DNA from: Acetobacteraceae bacterium
GTDB lineage: Bacteria; Pseudomonadota; Alphaproteobacteria; Acetobacterales; Acetobacteraceae
Assembly: GCA_050730175.1 (NCBI GenBank)
Contig: JBOHMN010000387.1
Location: forward strand, 13,336 to 77,335
Direction of reading: 5' to 3'
DNA length: 64,000 nt
In this document: piece after piece, positions 35,824-45,914 of the stretch
How positions within the stretch are numbered: position 1 is the first letter of the stretch
Layout: each line of letters starts with the position of its first letter
The notes under the pieces: model-generated
Databases searched by the model: none
What the model was told of the DNA's origin: nothing
Seen by the model: the letters and a program-made list of their open reading frames with translations, nothing else
Program-made: the position numbers and the translations under genes

Positions 35824-37086
35824 ATGGCAAAGTGGGAGCGGCAACGATGCATCGTATCGCGGCGGCGTGTCCTGGAAGGTGCAGCCGGGCTCATCGCGGC
35901 TGCGGCGCTGCCCGTCGAGGCGGGCGCGGCTGCGGAACCGATGACCATAGGTGTCATCGCCGAGATCTCGAACCTACTCGGCGCCGCCATTCCGAAGGGC
36001 GCGGCGATGGCGGCCGACGAGGTGAACGCCAAAGGTGGTGTCCTCGGGCGGCCACTGCGGCTCAAGGTCTATGACGATCATCTCTCCTCGACCGACGCGA
36101 TCCGGGCGTTTCAGCGCCTGGTTAGCCAGGACAAGGCGGTGGCGGTGATCGCGACGTTCGCGAGCGAGATTGCCCTTGCGCTGGAGCCATGGGCAGCGCG
36201 GTTGAAAGTCCCCCTCATCACCCCAGGCGCTGCCAGCAACCAGATCTCGGAGCAGGTGCACGCCGACTACGACCGCTACAAGTACATATTCGAAACATAT
36301 TTTACGTCGCGCTTCATCGCCGAGAGCACGAGCGACTCGGCGCGCGATCTCCTGGTTCATCAACTGCACATGACCAGTTGCGTGATTGTCAGCGAGGACG
36401 CGGCCTGGACGACGCCACTCGACGCGGCCCTCAGCGAGCTCTTGCCTAAGGCGGGCCTCGCGGTCCGCGGTCAGATCCGTTTCTCGTCTGACACCACCGA
36501 TTTTGCGCCGATCTTCAACAAGGTCGAGGCCATGAGACCGGATGTGATGATCACAGGCATGGCGCACGTGGGCGTCGTGCCGACCGTCCAATGGGCCGAG
36601 GGGCGGGTGCCGATCCCGATGTACGGCGTGAGCGTGCAGGCAACGTCGAGTGACTTCTGGAAGGATACCCACGGTGCTGCGGAAGGTGCCAACAGTCAGA
36701 CCGCAGCCGGCCCGGACTCCGCGATCACATCATTCACTCGCCCGTTCGCCGAAGCCTACCTCGAGCGGTTCGGGTTGCCGCCCGCTTTTTCCGGCTACAC
36801 GAGCTACGACACCCTGCACCTCCTTGCCGAGGCGATCGAGCGCGTGCAATCGACCGACCCCGAAAAGGTGGTCAGCGGTCTGGAAGCGACCGACCACGTC
36901 GGCACAATTGGCCGGATTAAGTTCTACGGTCGCGATAGCCGCTTTACCCACGCGATCGAATACGGCCCCGATCTCGTCCCCGGCGTGATCGTCCAGTGGC
37001 AGCATGGGGCAATGAAGACGATCTGGCCAACCAAGTTCTCTACGGCAAAGATCTCTTTCCCTACGTTCGTGAAACTGCCGGCCTGA
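35824..37086 (+). CDS. LivK-type (branched-chain amino acid family) ABC substrate-binding protein, orphan
   Basis: 420 aa. Twin-arginine-like signal SRRRVLEGAAGLIAAAALPVEAGAAA. Contains the PBP1 pattern IGVIAEISNLLGAAIPKGAAMAADEVNAKGGVLGRPL. No cognate permease or ATPase is adjacent. Confidence 0.85.
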   Translation: MAKWERQRCIVSRRRVLEGAAGLIAAAALPVEAGAAAEPMTIGVIAEISNLLGAAIPKGAAMAADEVNAKGGVLGRPLRLKVYDDHLSSTDAIRAFQRLVSQDKAVAVIATFASEIALALEPWAARLKVPLITPGAASNQISEQVHADYDRYKYIFETYFTSRFIAESTSDSARDLLVHQLHMTSCVIVSEDAAWTTPLDAALSELLPKAGLAVRGQIRFSSDTTDFAPIFNKVEAMRPDVMITGMAHVGVVPTVQWAEGRVPIPMYGVSVQATSSDFWKDTHGAAEGANSQTAAGPDSAITSFTRPFAEAYLERFGLPPAFSGYTSYDTLHLLAEAIERVQSTDPEKVVSGLEATDHVGTIGRIKFYGRDSRFTHAIEYGPDLVPGVIVQWQHGAMKTIWPTKFSTAKISFPTFVKLPA

Positions 37087-37589
37087 TCACCTCCCGCCTC
37101 GTTGTGCGGCTCCGGGGACCATTCTAGTCGTGAGTTCTCGATAGCGCGGCGGTCCGGACTTTTCCCGGAGAAGCTGCGGCTGTCAACGCGACAGCGGGCC
37201 CAGTGAAGACCCGGCTGGTAACCTGCCAGAGGATGCCCGCCGGGCGCCGGTGGGTCGCACGCGCATCGTGGATTTCGCACGGCGATGGCCGAGAAGATCG
37301 CCGCTCCCGCTCTCCAGCACGAACGGACCGGATTCCGGGATCCGTACCGAGGTTGAGGAACTCGGGACGCCTCCCGGCCTTGATTTGCCGAGCGCGGCAC
37401 GGCAGAGCGGCCCAACTCCCGCGGCACGATGCATTGAGCACCGTGGAGGGCCGGCCGGGGCCTTGTGCAGGCGGGGTTGCGCCGCCTTGGGTGCTTGCCC
37501 AACGGAGCGCCTCTCTTGCGCCGATCCTCCCCTCTGCGCATGTTCGGAGCGCGCCGCCGGATCCTTCTTCCGCGGCCGAAGGAGCCAGA

Positions 37590-38396
37590 ATGGACGGCGA
37601 AGCCGATCCGCGACGGATCGCGATCCACAAGCCGGAAGATTTCGCGGGCATGCGGGCAGCCGGGAGGTTGGCTGCGGAGACCCTCGATATGGTCACGCCG
37701 CACGTCGTGCCTGGCGTGACAACGGCGGCGCTCGACCGGATATGCCATGAGTTCATGCTGGCGCACGGAGCAATTCCGGCGACGCTCAACTATCGCGGCT
37801 ATCCGAAATCGATCTGCACCTCGATCAACCACGTCGTCTGCCACGGCATCCCGGGTGAGCGGCGGCTCGACGAGGGCGACATCGTCAACATCGACGTGAC
37901 GGTGATCCTGGACGGCTGGCACGGGGACAGTTCTCGGATGTATGTCGCCGGCCGTGCCTCGACGCGGGCGCGCATGCTGATCGATGTGACTTACAGCGCC
38001 CTGATGCAGGGTGTCGCGGCAGTGCGACCGGGGGCAACGCTCGGCGATATTGGGCACGCCATCCAGAGCTTCGTCGAGCGCCAGCGGTTCAGCGTGGTGC
38101 GGGACTTCTGCGGTCACGGCATCGGGCGGCGATTCCACGAGCCGCCGAATGTTCTGCATTTCGGGCGTGCCGGCGAAGGGCCGCACCTGGTGCCGGGCAT
38201 GTTCTTCACGATCGAGCCAATGGTGAATGCAGGACGGCCGGAGGTGAAGATACTCGACGATGGCTGGACGGCGGTGACGCGCGATCGCAGCCTCTCGGCG
38301 CAGTTTGAGCATATGATTGGAGTGAGCGAAACGGGCTGCGAAATCTTTACCCTCTCTCCGGCCGGGTTCGCCAGGCCGCCGTATCCGAGCGGCTGA
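37590..38396 (+). CDS. map: type I methionine aminopeptidase
   Basis: ORF 37203..38396 trimmed to the ATG at 37590 (MDGEADPRRIAIHKPEDF), preceded by SD gaaggag. Contains CHGIP, DIVNIDVT and FCGHGIG. Confidence 0.93.
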   Translation: MDGEADPRRIAIHKPEDFAGMRAAGRLAAETLDMVTPHVVPGVTTAALDRICHEFMLAHGAIPATLNYRGYPKSICTSINHVVCHGIPGERRLDEGDIVNIDVTVILDGWHGDSSRMYVAGRASTRARMLIDVTYSALMQGVAAVRPGATLGDIGHAIQSFVERQRFSVVRDFCGHGIGRRFHEPPNVLHFGRAGEGPHLVPGMFFTIEPMVNAGRPEVKILDDGWTAVTRDRSLSAQFEHMIGVSETGCEIFTLSPAGFARPPYPSG

Positions 38397-38415
38397 GCGG
38401 CCGAAGGTCGCAACG

Positions 38416-39111
38416 ATGCCCGTGGCGCGTGTGCCCGAGCAGGCTTCCGTTTCCGGCCATCGCGCGCGCCTGCGCGATCGGCTGCTCAAGGCGGGGCCGG
38501 ATGCGCTGAACGACCAGGACTTGCTCGAGATCACTCTTTTCGTTGCTCTGCCGCGACGTGACACGAAGCACATCGCTAAGCGTCTTCTCGAGCGCTTCAA
38601 AAGCTTTGCCGGTGCGATTGCCGCGCCGCCCGCGGAACTCGCTGGCGTCGACGGCCTGGGCACGGCGGGTATCGCCGCGCTCAAGACTGTCCAAGCTGCG
38701 GCTCAGCGGCTGGTGCGCGCTGAAGTGACGGACAAGGAGCTGCTAAGCGACTGGGAGCGGCTGATGCGCTACCTGAACGCAGAGCTCGCCCGCGAGAAGA
38801 CCGAGCAGTTCCGCATCCTCTTCCTCGATACGCGAAACCGCCTCAAGGCCGACGAGGTACAATCCCGCGGCACGGTCAATCACACGGCGGTCTATCCGCG
38901 AGAGGTCGCGAAGCGGGCGCTCGAACTTTCGGCGAGCGCGGTCATTCTCGTCCACAATCACCCCTCGGGTGATCCCGCGCCCTCGGCCGAGGACGTCGCC
39001 ATGACAAAAGAGGTCGCGGCGGCGCTCAGCACGATCTCGGTGGTGCTGCACGACCACATCATCGTCGGCAACGGATGCTGGACCAGCCTTCGCCGCGAGG
39101 GGCTCCTGTAG
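38416..39111 (+). CDS. radC: RadC-family JAB-domain protein
   Basis: 231 aa. JAMM motif HNHPSGDPAPSAED, with an N-terminal HhH-like region. Adjacent to map. Confidence 0.88.
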   Translation: MPVARVPEQASVSGHRARLRDRLLKAGPDALNDQDLLEITLFVALPRRDTKHIAKRLLERFKSFAGAIAAPPAELAGVDGLGTAGIAALKTVQAAAQRLVRAEVTDKELLSDWERLMRYLNAELAREKTEQFRILFLDTRNRLKADEVQSRGTVNHTAVYPREVAKRALELSASAVILVHNHPSGDPAPSAEDVAMTKEVAAALSTISVVLHDHIIVGNGCWTSLRREGLL

Positions 39112-39152
39112 CGACCAGCGACAGATTGCCGGCGCGAACCTGGCGGCGTGCG

Positions 39153-39256
39153 CAAGAGAGCGTTCAGGCTCACTGAACACGCTCCATGCTTATTTTCTCG
39201 AGCAATATCACCCTGACCGGAATCGCCCGATTCCGGTCAGGGTGATATTGCTCTAG
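39153..39256 (-). repeat. composite palindromic intergenic repeat, type 1, copy A
   Basis: The reverse complement aligns along its whole length with 48294-48400. It contains a perfect 26-bp-arm palindrome (39200-39225 / 39228-39253) and a second hairpin. Its terminal CTAG includes the yejF stop codon. Confidence 0.85.
39158..39199 (+). terminator. Rho-independent-type terminator for radC, part of repeat A
   Basis: GAGCGTTCAG / CTGAACACGCTC stem with a 2-nt bulge, followed by CATGCTTATTTTCTC. Confidence 0.55.
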
Positions 39257-40860
39257 GCTGCGGTGATTTCCGGGCGGGCCGCCTGGTCGGGGAAGGCGGC
39301 GGCGATCAGCGCCTTGGTGTAAGGCTCGCGTGGCGCCGCGAATAGTTCCGCAGCCGGACCCTGTTCGACGATGCGGCCGGCGCGCAGCACGACCAGGTAG
39401 TGCGCAAGCGCGCGCACGACGGCGAGATCATGGCTGATGAACAGGTAGGCGAGGTCGTGCCGGCTTTGCAGATCACGCAGCAGATCGACGATTTCTGCTT
39501 GCACCGAAGCATCGAGCGCGCTGGTCGGCTCGTCGAGCACGACGAAGCGTGGTTTCAGGATCATCGCGCGGGCAATCGCGATGCGCTGGCGCTGGCCACC
39601 GCTGAACTCGTGCGGATAGCGCAGCATTGCTTCCGCAGGCAGGCCGACTTCAGCCAGCGCGGTCAGCACAAGCTGGTCGCGCTCGGCACGCGGCAGGTGA
39701 GGCGCGTGCACACTCAGCCCTTCAGCTACGATCTCTCCAATCGAAAGGCGCGGCGAAAGGCTCCCGAACGGATCCTGGAAAACGATTTGCATGCGCCCGC
39801 GCAGCGGTCTGAGCGCTCGGCGCGACAGTCCGCCGATCTCGCGGCCTTCGAAGAAAATGTGTCCGCTCGCGCCTTCGAGGCCGACGAGGGCAAGCCCGAT
39901 GGTGGTCTTGCCCGACCCCGATTCGCCAACCAGGCCGAGCGTTTCGCCGGCGCGGATCGAGAGCGAAACGTCATCCACCGCGCGCACCTCGGAAACCTGG
40001 CGCCGCAGCAGGCCGGCGCGGATCGGGAACTGAACTGCGATGTTCTCGGCTCTCACCAGTGGCTTTGCGCCGTGCGGGCGGGAAGCGGGGCCACCGCGTG
40101 GCACGGTATCCAGCAGCATCCGTGTGTAGGCATGGCGCGGCGCCGAGAAGATTTCGCGCGCCGGCCCGGATTCGACAATGTGTCCTTCTTGCATGACGCA
40201 CACGTGATCGGCCATCCGGCGGACGATCGCGAGGTTGTGGGTGATCAGAAGCATAGCCAAACCGCGTGCCTTCTTCTCCGCCGCGAGAAGATCGAGGATC
40301 TGCTCCTGGATCGTGACATCGAGCGCGGTGGTCGGCTCGTCCGCGATCAGCAGAGCCGGATCGTTGGCGAGCGCCATCGCGATCATCACCCGCTGGCGCT
40401 GGCCCCCGGAAAGCTGGTGGGGATAGGCATCGATCCGACTTGCTGGATCGGCGAACCCAGCGGCCGCGAGCAGAGCCAATACGCGTGTGCGCAAGGCGTG
40501 CTTGGCAAGGCGGCGATGCAGCGTGATCGCCTCACCGACCTGCCGGCCGATGCGATGCAGCGGATTGAGGCTGCTCATCGGCTCCTGAAACACCATGCCC
40601 GCCAGCCCGCCACGCAGCCGATGCAGAACGAGAGGTCCGGCGCCGATCACCGCCGCGCCGTCGAGCAGGATGCGCCCGGCGGAGTTGCGAGCGCCGGGGA
40701 GCAGGAGCTGCAGCAGGGAAAGCGCAGTCAGGGTCTTGCCGGAACCCGATTCACCGACCAGGGCCAGCGTCTCGCCGCGATCGAGCGTGAAGGATACGCC
40801 CTTCACCACGCGCCGCCCGGCAAACGAGACTTCGAGCCCGGAAACCTCGAGCAGGCTCAC
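39253..40860 (-). CDS. yejF: ABC transporter ATP-binding protein, two NBDs (YejF-type)
   Basis: 535 aa. Contains GESGSGKT twice. GTGA overlap with the yejE stop. Confidence 0.9.
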   Translation of the reverse strand: MSLLEVSGLEVSFAGRRVVKGVSFTLDRGETLALVGESGSGKTLTALSLLQLLLPGARNSAGRILLDGAAVIGAGPLVLHRLRGGLAGMVFQEPMSSLNPLHRIGRQVGEAITLHRRLAKHALRTRVLALLAAAGFADPASRIDAYPHQLSGGQRQRVMIAMALANDPALLIADEPTTALDVTIQEQILDLLAAEKKARGLAMLLITHNLAIVRRMADHVCVMQEGHIVESGPAREIFSAPRHAYTRMLLDTVPRGGPASRPHGAKPLVRAENIAVQFPIRAGLLRRQVSEVRAVDDVSLSIRAGETLGLVGESGSGKTTIGLALVGLEGASGHIFFEGREIGGLSRRALRPLRGRMQIVFQDPFGSLSPRLSIGEIVAEGLSVHAPHLPRAERDQLVLTALAEVGLPAEAMLRYPHEFSGGQRQRIAIARAMILKPRFVVLDEPTSALDASVQAEIVDLLRDLQSRHDLAYLFISHDLAVVRALAHYLVVLRAGRIVEQGPAAELFAAPREPYTKALIAAAFPDQAARPEITAA

Positions 40861-41885
40861 GTGAGAGTCTTGCGCGGGTCGAAGGCGTCGCGCACCGCCT
40901 CGCCGATGAAAATGAGAAGAGCGAGAGTGCCGCCGAGCACGACGAATGCGGTGATGCCAAGCCAGGGTGCCTGCAGATTGCTCTTCGCCTCGTTGACCAG
41001 CTCGCCGAGAGAGGGCGAGCCGGGGGGTAGGCCGAAGCCAAGAAAGTCAAGGCTGGCCAGCACCGTGACCGACCCCGAAAGAATGAACGGCAGAAAGGTC
41101 ATCACGGCCACCATCGCATTCGGCAGCACATGGCGCCACATCACCATGGCATCGGAGACGCCGAGCGCACGTGCAGCACGCACATATTCGAGATTGCGGC
41201 CGCGCAAGAATTCCGCGCGAACGAGCCCCGTCAGCGCCATCCAGCTGAACAGCAAGAGGAATATGAGCAGCACCCAGAACGACGGGGTGATTACGCTTGA
41301 GAGAATGATCAACAGGAAGAGCTGCGGCATACCGGACCACACCTCGATGCCGCGCTGCCCGAAGAGGTCGATGAGGCCCCCGTAAAAGCCCTGCACGGCG
41401 CCGGCGGCAACGCCGACAACCGAGGAAAGGATGGTCAGGCTGAAGCCAAAGAGCACCGAGATGCGGAAGCCGTAGATCGCGCGGGCGAGCACGTCGCGCC
41501 CCTCATCGTCCGTGCCGAGCCAGTTCTGCCATGTCGGTGGACTCGGCGCCGGCGAGGGCAGATTGTTGACAATGGTATCGTAACTATAGGGAATGAGCGG
41601 CCAGACCATCCAGCCGCGGCTTTGAATTGCCTGCTCGATTGCCGGATCATGGTAGTCGGCCCCTGTGGGCAAAAAATCAGGACCGAAATCGGTGCCGGGA
41701 TAATCGACGAGCACTGGAAAATACCAGGCACCCTGGTAGCGCATGATGATCGGGCGGTCGTTCGCGACGAACTCGGCGAATAGTGACACGATGAACAGGA
41801 CACCGAAGATCCAGAGGCAGACGACACCCCGGCGGTTGGCGCGGAAAGCAGCGATCCGGCGGCGGGTGAGCGGTGAAAGCGTCAC
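40857..41885 (-). CDS. yejE: ABC transporter permease YejE
   Basis: ORF 40857..42380 trimmed to the GTG at 41885 ([14 protein letters not shown]), which overlaps the yejB stop. Contains [21 protein letters not shown] and [15 protein letters not shown], which match my recollection of E. coli YejE. Confidence 0.88.
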   Translation of the reverse strand: MTLSPLTRRRIAAFRANRRGVVCLWIFGVLFIVSLFAEFVANDRPIIMRYQGAWYFPVLVDYPGTDFGPDFLPTGADYHDPAIEQAIQSRGWMVWPLIPYSYDTIVNNLPSPAPSPPTWQNWLGTDDEGRDVLARAIYGFRISVLFGFSLTILSSVVGVAAGAVQGFYGGLIDLFGQRGIEVWSGMPQLFLLIILSSVITPSFWVLLIFLLLFSWMALTGLVRAEFLRGRNLEYVRAARALGVSDAMVMWRHVLPNAMVAVMTFLPFILSGSVTVLASLDFLGFGLPPGSPSLGELVNEAKSNLQAPWLGITAFVVLGGTLALLIFIGEAVRDAFDPRKTLT

Positions 41886-42952
41886 CGGCGGACTTCGAAG
41901 TCGATGCGTGGATCGACCAGTGTGTAAAGGAAGTCGCCGATGATGTGGAGCACGAGGCCGAGCAGGGTAAACACGTAGAGTGTGCCGAACATCACCGGAT
42001 AGTCGCGCTGCACCGCAGCGGTAAACCCGAGCAGACCCAGCCCGTTCAGTGAGAAGATGATCTCGATCAGGAGCGCGCTCGTGAACAGGATACCGACGAA
42101 TGCTTCGGGGAAGGTGGCAACGACCAGCAGCATCGCGTTGCGGAAGACGTGGCCGTAGAGCACGCGGCGCTCCGAGGCGCCTTTGGCACGCGCGGTCAGC
42201 ACGTACTGCTTGCCGATCTCCTCGAGGAAGGAGTTCTTGGTCAGCATGGTGAGGCTGGCAAACCCTCCGACCGTCATCGCGGTGACCGGAAGCACCATGT
42301 GCCAGAGGTAATTGCCGATCCGCGCGGGCCAGGGGAGCGACCACCAGTTGCTGCTGACGAGCCCGCGCAGCGGGAACCACTGCACGAACGAACCGCCGGC
42401 GAACAGCACGATCAGCATGATGGCAAGCAGGAAGCCCGGCACGGCGTAGCCGAGCAGAATGGTAGCGGTGCTTGCCACGTCGAAGCGGCTCCCGTCGCGT
42501 ACCGCCTTGGCGATGCCGAGCGGTATCGAGACGAGATAGACCAGGAGCGTCGACCAGAGCCCCAGCGAGATCGATACCGGCATGCGGTTCAGCACGAGCG
42601 TGAGCACCGGCTTGTCGAGGAAGAAACTCTTGCCGAGGTGGAACGTCGCGTAGCTCTTCAGCATGTCTAAGAAGCGGGTGAGCGGAGGCTTGTCGAAGCC
42701 GAACATCTTGCGGATCTGCGCGATGAGGTGCGGGTCGAGCCCTTGCTCCCCGCGATAGAGGCCGGGTCCCGCGGCTTCCGGTTGTCCCTGGCCGGTCACG
42801 CCGGAGAGGACAGCGCCTTGGCCTTTGAGCTTGGCGATCATCTGTTCGACCGGCCCGCCGGGCGCCAGTTGGACGACGGCAAAATTGATTGCAATGATGC
42901 CGACAAGCGTCGGGATGATGAGAAGAATGCGACGAAGAAGATAAGCGGCCAT
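41882..42952 (-). CDS. yejB: ABC transporter permease YejB
   Basis: 356 aa starting [37 protein letters not shown]. Confidence 0.9.
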   Translation of the reverse strand: MAAYLLRRILLIIPTLVGIIAINFAVVQLAPGGPVEQMIAKLKGQGAVLSGVTGQGQPEAAGPGLYRGEQGLDPHLIAQIRKMFGFDKPPLTRFLDMLKSYATFHLGKSFFLDKPVLTLVLNRMPVSISLGLWSTLLVYLVSIPLGIAKAVRDGSRFDVASTATILLGYAVPGFLLAIMLIVLFAGGSFVQWFPLRGLVSSNWWSLPWPARIGNYLWHMVLPVTAMTVGGFASLTMLTKNSFLEEIGKQYVLTARAKGASERRVLYGHVFRNAMLLVVATFPEAFVGILFTSALLIEIIFSLNGLGLLGFTAAVQRDYPVMFGTLYVFTLLGLVLHIIGDFLYTLVDPRIDFEVRR

Positions 42953-43073
42953 CAGAGCGCGTCGCTCAGTCCGAAATCATGTGCAAAGATTGCCGCCGGT
43001 GAAGCCCTCGGGGCGGACGCGCGGCGGCGTTTCGCTGGTTGCTTCCGAGCTGAGAGTCCGGACCGCATCGCAC

Positions 43074-44930
43074 CTACAGGCCGGCACGGCGGGCGGCGTC
43101 GGTGGCCGCGGCGAGTTTCTCATCGATCCACCAGGCATCGAAGACATAGCCAGTCCGCACCGGCTGGGTCGGGAAGCCGAAGCGGTTCCAGTAGGCCAGA
43201 TTGAAATAATCCGAGTGCCATTGCGGCACCATGTACCAGCCCCAAAGCAGCACGCGATCAAGCGCATGCGCCGCGGCGAGCAAGGCGGGCTTGTCGGGGG
43301 CAGCGATCAGCGCCGCGACCAACGCATCCACCACCTTGCTGCAGATGCCCATCAGGTTCTGGCTGCCTTCGGCGTGGGCGGCCGCACAGGTCCAATTATT
43401 GCGCTGCTCGTTGCCGGGGATGTCCGATTCCGGGATCACCGTCATTGTCATATCGAAGTCAAAATTGTTCATCCGCCGTTGATACTGGGCGGGATCGATC
43501 ACCCTGACGGTTGCCCTGATCCCAAGCCGCTTGAGCCAGGCCGTATAGGGCAGGGCGACGCGCTCGAAAGTCGGATCGGGAAGCAGGATCTCGAACACGA
43601 ACGGCCCGCCCGCATGATCGACCAGCCTGCCGCCGGCAATATGCCAGCCGGCTGCTTCCAGCATGTGAAAGGCAGCAACGAGTTCCTTGCTGTTGTTGCC
43701 GGACCCGTTGGTGACGGGAAGGGTGAACGGCTCGGTGAACACCTCTGGCGGCAGCTCCTTGCGCCAAGGCTCGAGCAGCGCAAGCTCGGCGCCTTCCGGA
43801 AGGCCCGAGGAGGCCAGGTCGCTGTTGCTGAAATAGCTGAGCGTACGGGTGTACAGGCCGTAGAACAGGTTCTTATTCTCCCACTGGAAGTCGAACGCCC
43901 AGGCCATCGCCTTGCGGACGCGCCGGTCAGAAAAAACGGCGCGACGTGTGTTCATGGCGAAGCCTTGCATGCCGGTCGGCAGCCGATAGCGGACGCGGCG
44001 GAGTTTCACGAACCCTCGCCGGACGGCTGGAAATTTGTAGCCGGTGGCCCAGTTCTTCGAGACGTTCTCGTTACGGAAGTCGATTCTGCCGGCTTTGAAG
44101 GCCTCGAAGGCAACCGTGTCATCGCGGAAATATTCGGTGTGAATGGTATCGAAATTGAAAAGCCCGCGCGCGGTCGGGCGATCGGCCGCCCAATAGTCGG
44201 TGTTGCGTTGATAGGTGATCGAGCGATCTAAGGCGTAGTCGGCGATGCGATAAGGGCCGGAGCCGGGCGGCGGAGTGGTGAGCGGGCTCGCGAAGTCGCG
44301 GTGCGATAAGAAAGCGGCAGGCAGGACCGGAAGCTCACCCAGGATCAGCGGCAGCTCGCGGCTTTGGGTGGAGCGGAGGTGGAAGCGGACAACACGGTGC
44401 GCCGGGGCTGCGATCGAGCCGACGGCAGCGTAGTAGAGGCGATAGAAGGGTTGGCCGTTCTCGACCAGAGCGTGAAATGTGAAGACGACATCGGTCGCCG
44501 TGACGGCCGTGCCGTCATGGAAGCGGGCGGCCGGGTCGAGCGTGAAGGTGATATCGCTGCGGTCAGGACTGACCTCGACCGCTTCCGCAAGATGGGCGTA
44601 GCCGGCGCCGGCCTCGTCGGCGTTAGCCGTGAGCAGCGTGTCCCAGAGCCGGGTGAGCCCCTGAGCAGGGGTGCCGCGCAAGATGTAAGGGTTGAAACTA
44701 TCGAACCCGCCTAAAGCGAAGAGTGTAACGCTGCCGCCCTTCGGTGCCGCCGGGTTGACGTATGGGAAATGGCTAAAACCCTCCGGAAGCTCCGGTGGCG
44801 CAAGCACAGACACTGCATCGCGGCGCCGCTCGCCAGGCGCGGCGGCGCGGGTACGGGCGGCGAGGAAGCCGCCGGCGAGGCTGGCCGAGAAGCCGGTGAG
44901 GACTGTGCGGCGACGCATGGGTTCCTCCAT
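43074..44930 (-). CDS. yejA: family-5 extracellular solute-binding protein YejA
   Basis: 618 aa. The start may instead be the internal MRRRTVLTGFSA at 44918. Confidence 0.88.
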   Translation of the reverse strand: MEEPMRRRTVLTGFSASLAGGFLAARTRAAAPGERRRDAVSVLAPPELPEGFSHFPYVNPAAPKGGSVTLFALGGFDSFNPYILRGTPAQGLTRLWDTLLTANADEAGAGYAHLAEAVEVSPDRSDITFTLDPAARFHDGTAVTATDVVFTFHALVENGQPFYRLYYAAVGSIAAPAHRVVRFHLRSTQSRELPLILGELPVLPAAFLSHRDFASPLTTPPPGSGPYRIADYALDRSITYQRNTDYWAADRPTARGLFNFDTIHTEYFRDDTVAFEAFKAGRIDFRNENVSKNWATGYKFPAVRRGFVKLRRVRYRLPTGMQGFAMNTRRAVFSDRRVRKAMAWAFDFQWENKNLFYGLYTRTLSYFSNSDLASSGLPEGAELALLEPWRKELPPEVFTEPFTLPVTNGSGNNSKELVAAFHMLEAAGWHIAGGRLVDHAGGPFVFEILLPDPTFERVALPYTAWLKRLGIRATVRVIDPAQYQRRMNNFDFDMTMTVIPESDIPGNEQRNNWTCAAAHAEGSQNLMGICSKVVDALVAALIAAPDKPALLAAAHALDRVLLWGWYMVPQWHSDYFNLAYWNRFGFPTQPVRTGYVFDAWWIDEKLAAATDAARRAGL

Positions 44931-44937
44931 CGCGCGT

Positions 44938-45114
44938 CATAGAGCGGATCGCGCTTGGCGGGAACCGCGGAGCGGTTCCCGGAGCGCGTGAATTCGCTCG
45001 GCCAGACAATCAGGCGGATCGCGCTTGGCGGGAACCGCGGAGCGGTTCCCGGAGCGCGTGAATCCGCTCGGCCAGACAGTGGGGCGCATGTTCAGCGAGT
45101 CAGATCATGCGCAT
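44938..45114 (+). repeat. composite palindromic intergenic repeat, type 2, with internal 70-bp tandem duplication
   Basis: 44944-45008 and 45014-45078 differ at one base, by my count. Each unit carries the hairpin GGGAACCGC-GGA-GCGGTTCCC. The element ends with the hairpin GCGCATG...CATGCGC (45084-45112). Confidence 0.85.
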
Positions 45115-45120
45115 CGGGTC

Positions 45121-45909
45121 TCACGCCGCGAGCAGCGCGAGCGCCGGCTGCAGCAGGGCCGCGTCGCCCACCGCAAGCACCTGGCCGCTGCCACTTTCAG
45201 CGAGGGCGTCTCCCTCCCAGTCGGTCATCTTCCCGCCCGCGCCTTCGACGATCGGGACGAGCGCAGCCCAATCCCAAAACTTGAGCGAAGATTCCGCAAT
45301 AATATCGATCAGGCCGAGAGCCAGCAGGCCATAGCCATAGCAGTCCCCGCCCCAGGTGACGCGGTGGCAGGCAGCTTGCAGGCGCGCAATCCGCGCCGAC
45401 TCGGAGCGGGAAAACAACTCCGGGCTGGTTGCAGAGAGTTCTGCGGCGGCGAGGGTCGGGCACGGGCGGCAGCCAGCGCGGCCGCCGAGGGGACCGGTGA
45501 ATTGCGTCGGGCTGCCGGCGCGGCCGATCCAGCGCTCCCCCGTGATCGGCTGGTCGAGCAAGCCAAGAATCGGGCGGCCCGCTTCGAGGAGGGCGACAAG
45601 CGTGCCGAACAGCGGCCGGCCCGTGATGAACGCCCGCGTGCCGTCGATCGGGTCGAGCACCCAGCAGAAGCGGGCATCCGGCCTTTCACAACCCAGTTCC
45701 TCGCCTGCGAGGCCGTGCTCCGGGAAATGGCGGACGAGCACATCGCGCATAGCCTGCTCGGCCGCACGGTCGGCTCGCGTGACGGGACTTTGGTCAGCCT
45801 TTTCTTCCACTGCCATCGTGGCACGGAAGTACGGCCTGATGGCCGCGCCCGCTGCGTCGGCTGCCGCTTCGGCTGCCGCGAGAAACGCCGTCGCAGCGGG
45901 CGGAAGCAA
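45121..45909 (-). CDS. hisN: inositol-monophosphatase-family protein, probably histidinol-phosphatase
   Basis: 262 aa containing WVLDPIDGTRAFI and GEELG. The start codon in the track is TTG. Confidence 0.8.
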   Translation of the reverse strand: MLPPAATAFLAAAEAAADAAGAAIRPYFRATMAVEEKADQSPVTRADRAAEQAMRDVLVRHFPEHGLAGEELGCERPDARFCWVLDPIDGTRAFITGRPLFGTLVALLEAGRPILGLLDQPITGERWIGRAGSPTQFTGPLGGRAGCRPCPTLAAAELSATSPELFSRSESARIARLQAACHRVTWGGDCYGYGLLALGLIDIIAESSLKFWDWAALVPIVEGAGGKMTDWEGDALAESGSGQVLAVGDAALLQPALALLAA

Positions 45910-45914
45910 TCGCG

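Noticed and set aside
38416-39111. RadC/JAB protein as part of a defence or anti-defence module.
   Set aside because: It sits in the common housekeeping map-radC arrangement. It has no neighbouring nuclease, methylase, toxin or phage genes.
44944-45078. Possible CRISPR-like array (65-nt units repeated with 70-bp period).
   Set aside because: There are only two units, joined by a 5-nt junction with no spacers. The units are internally palindromic members of a dispersed repeat family. No cas genes are present in the window.
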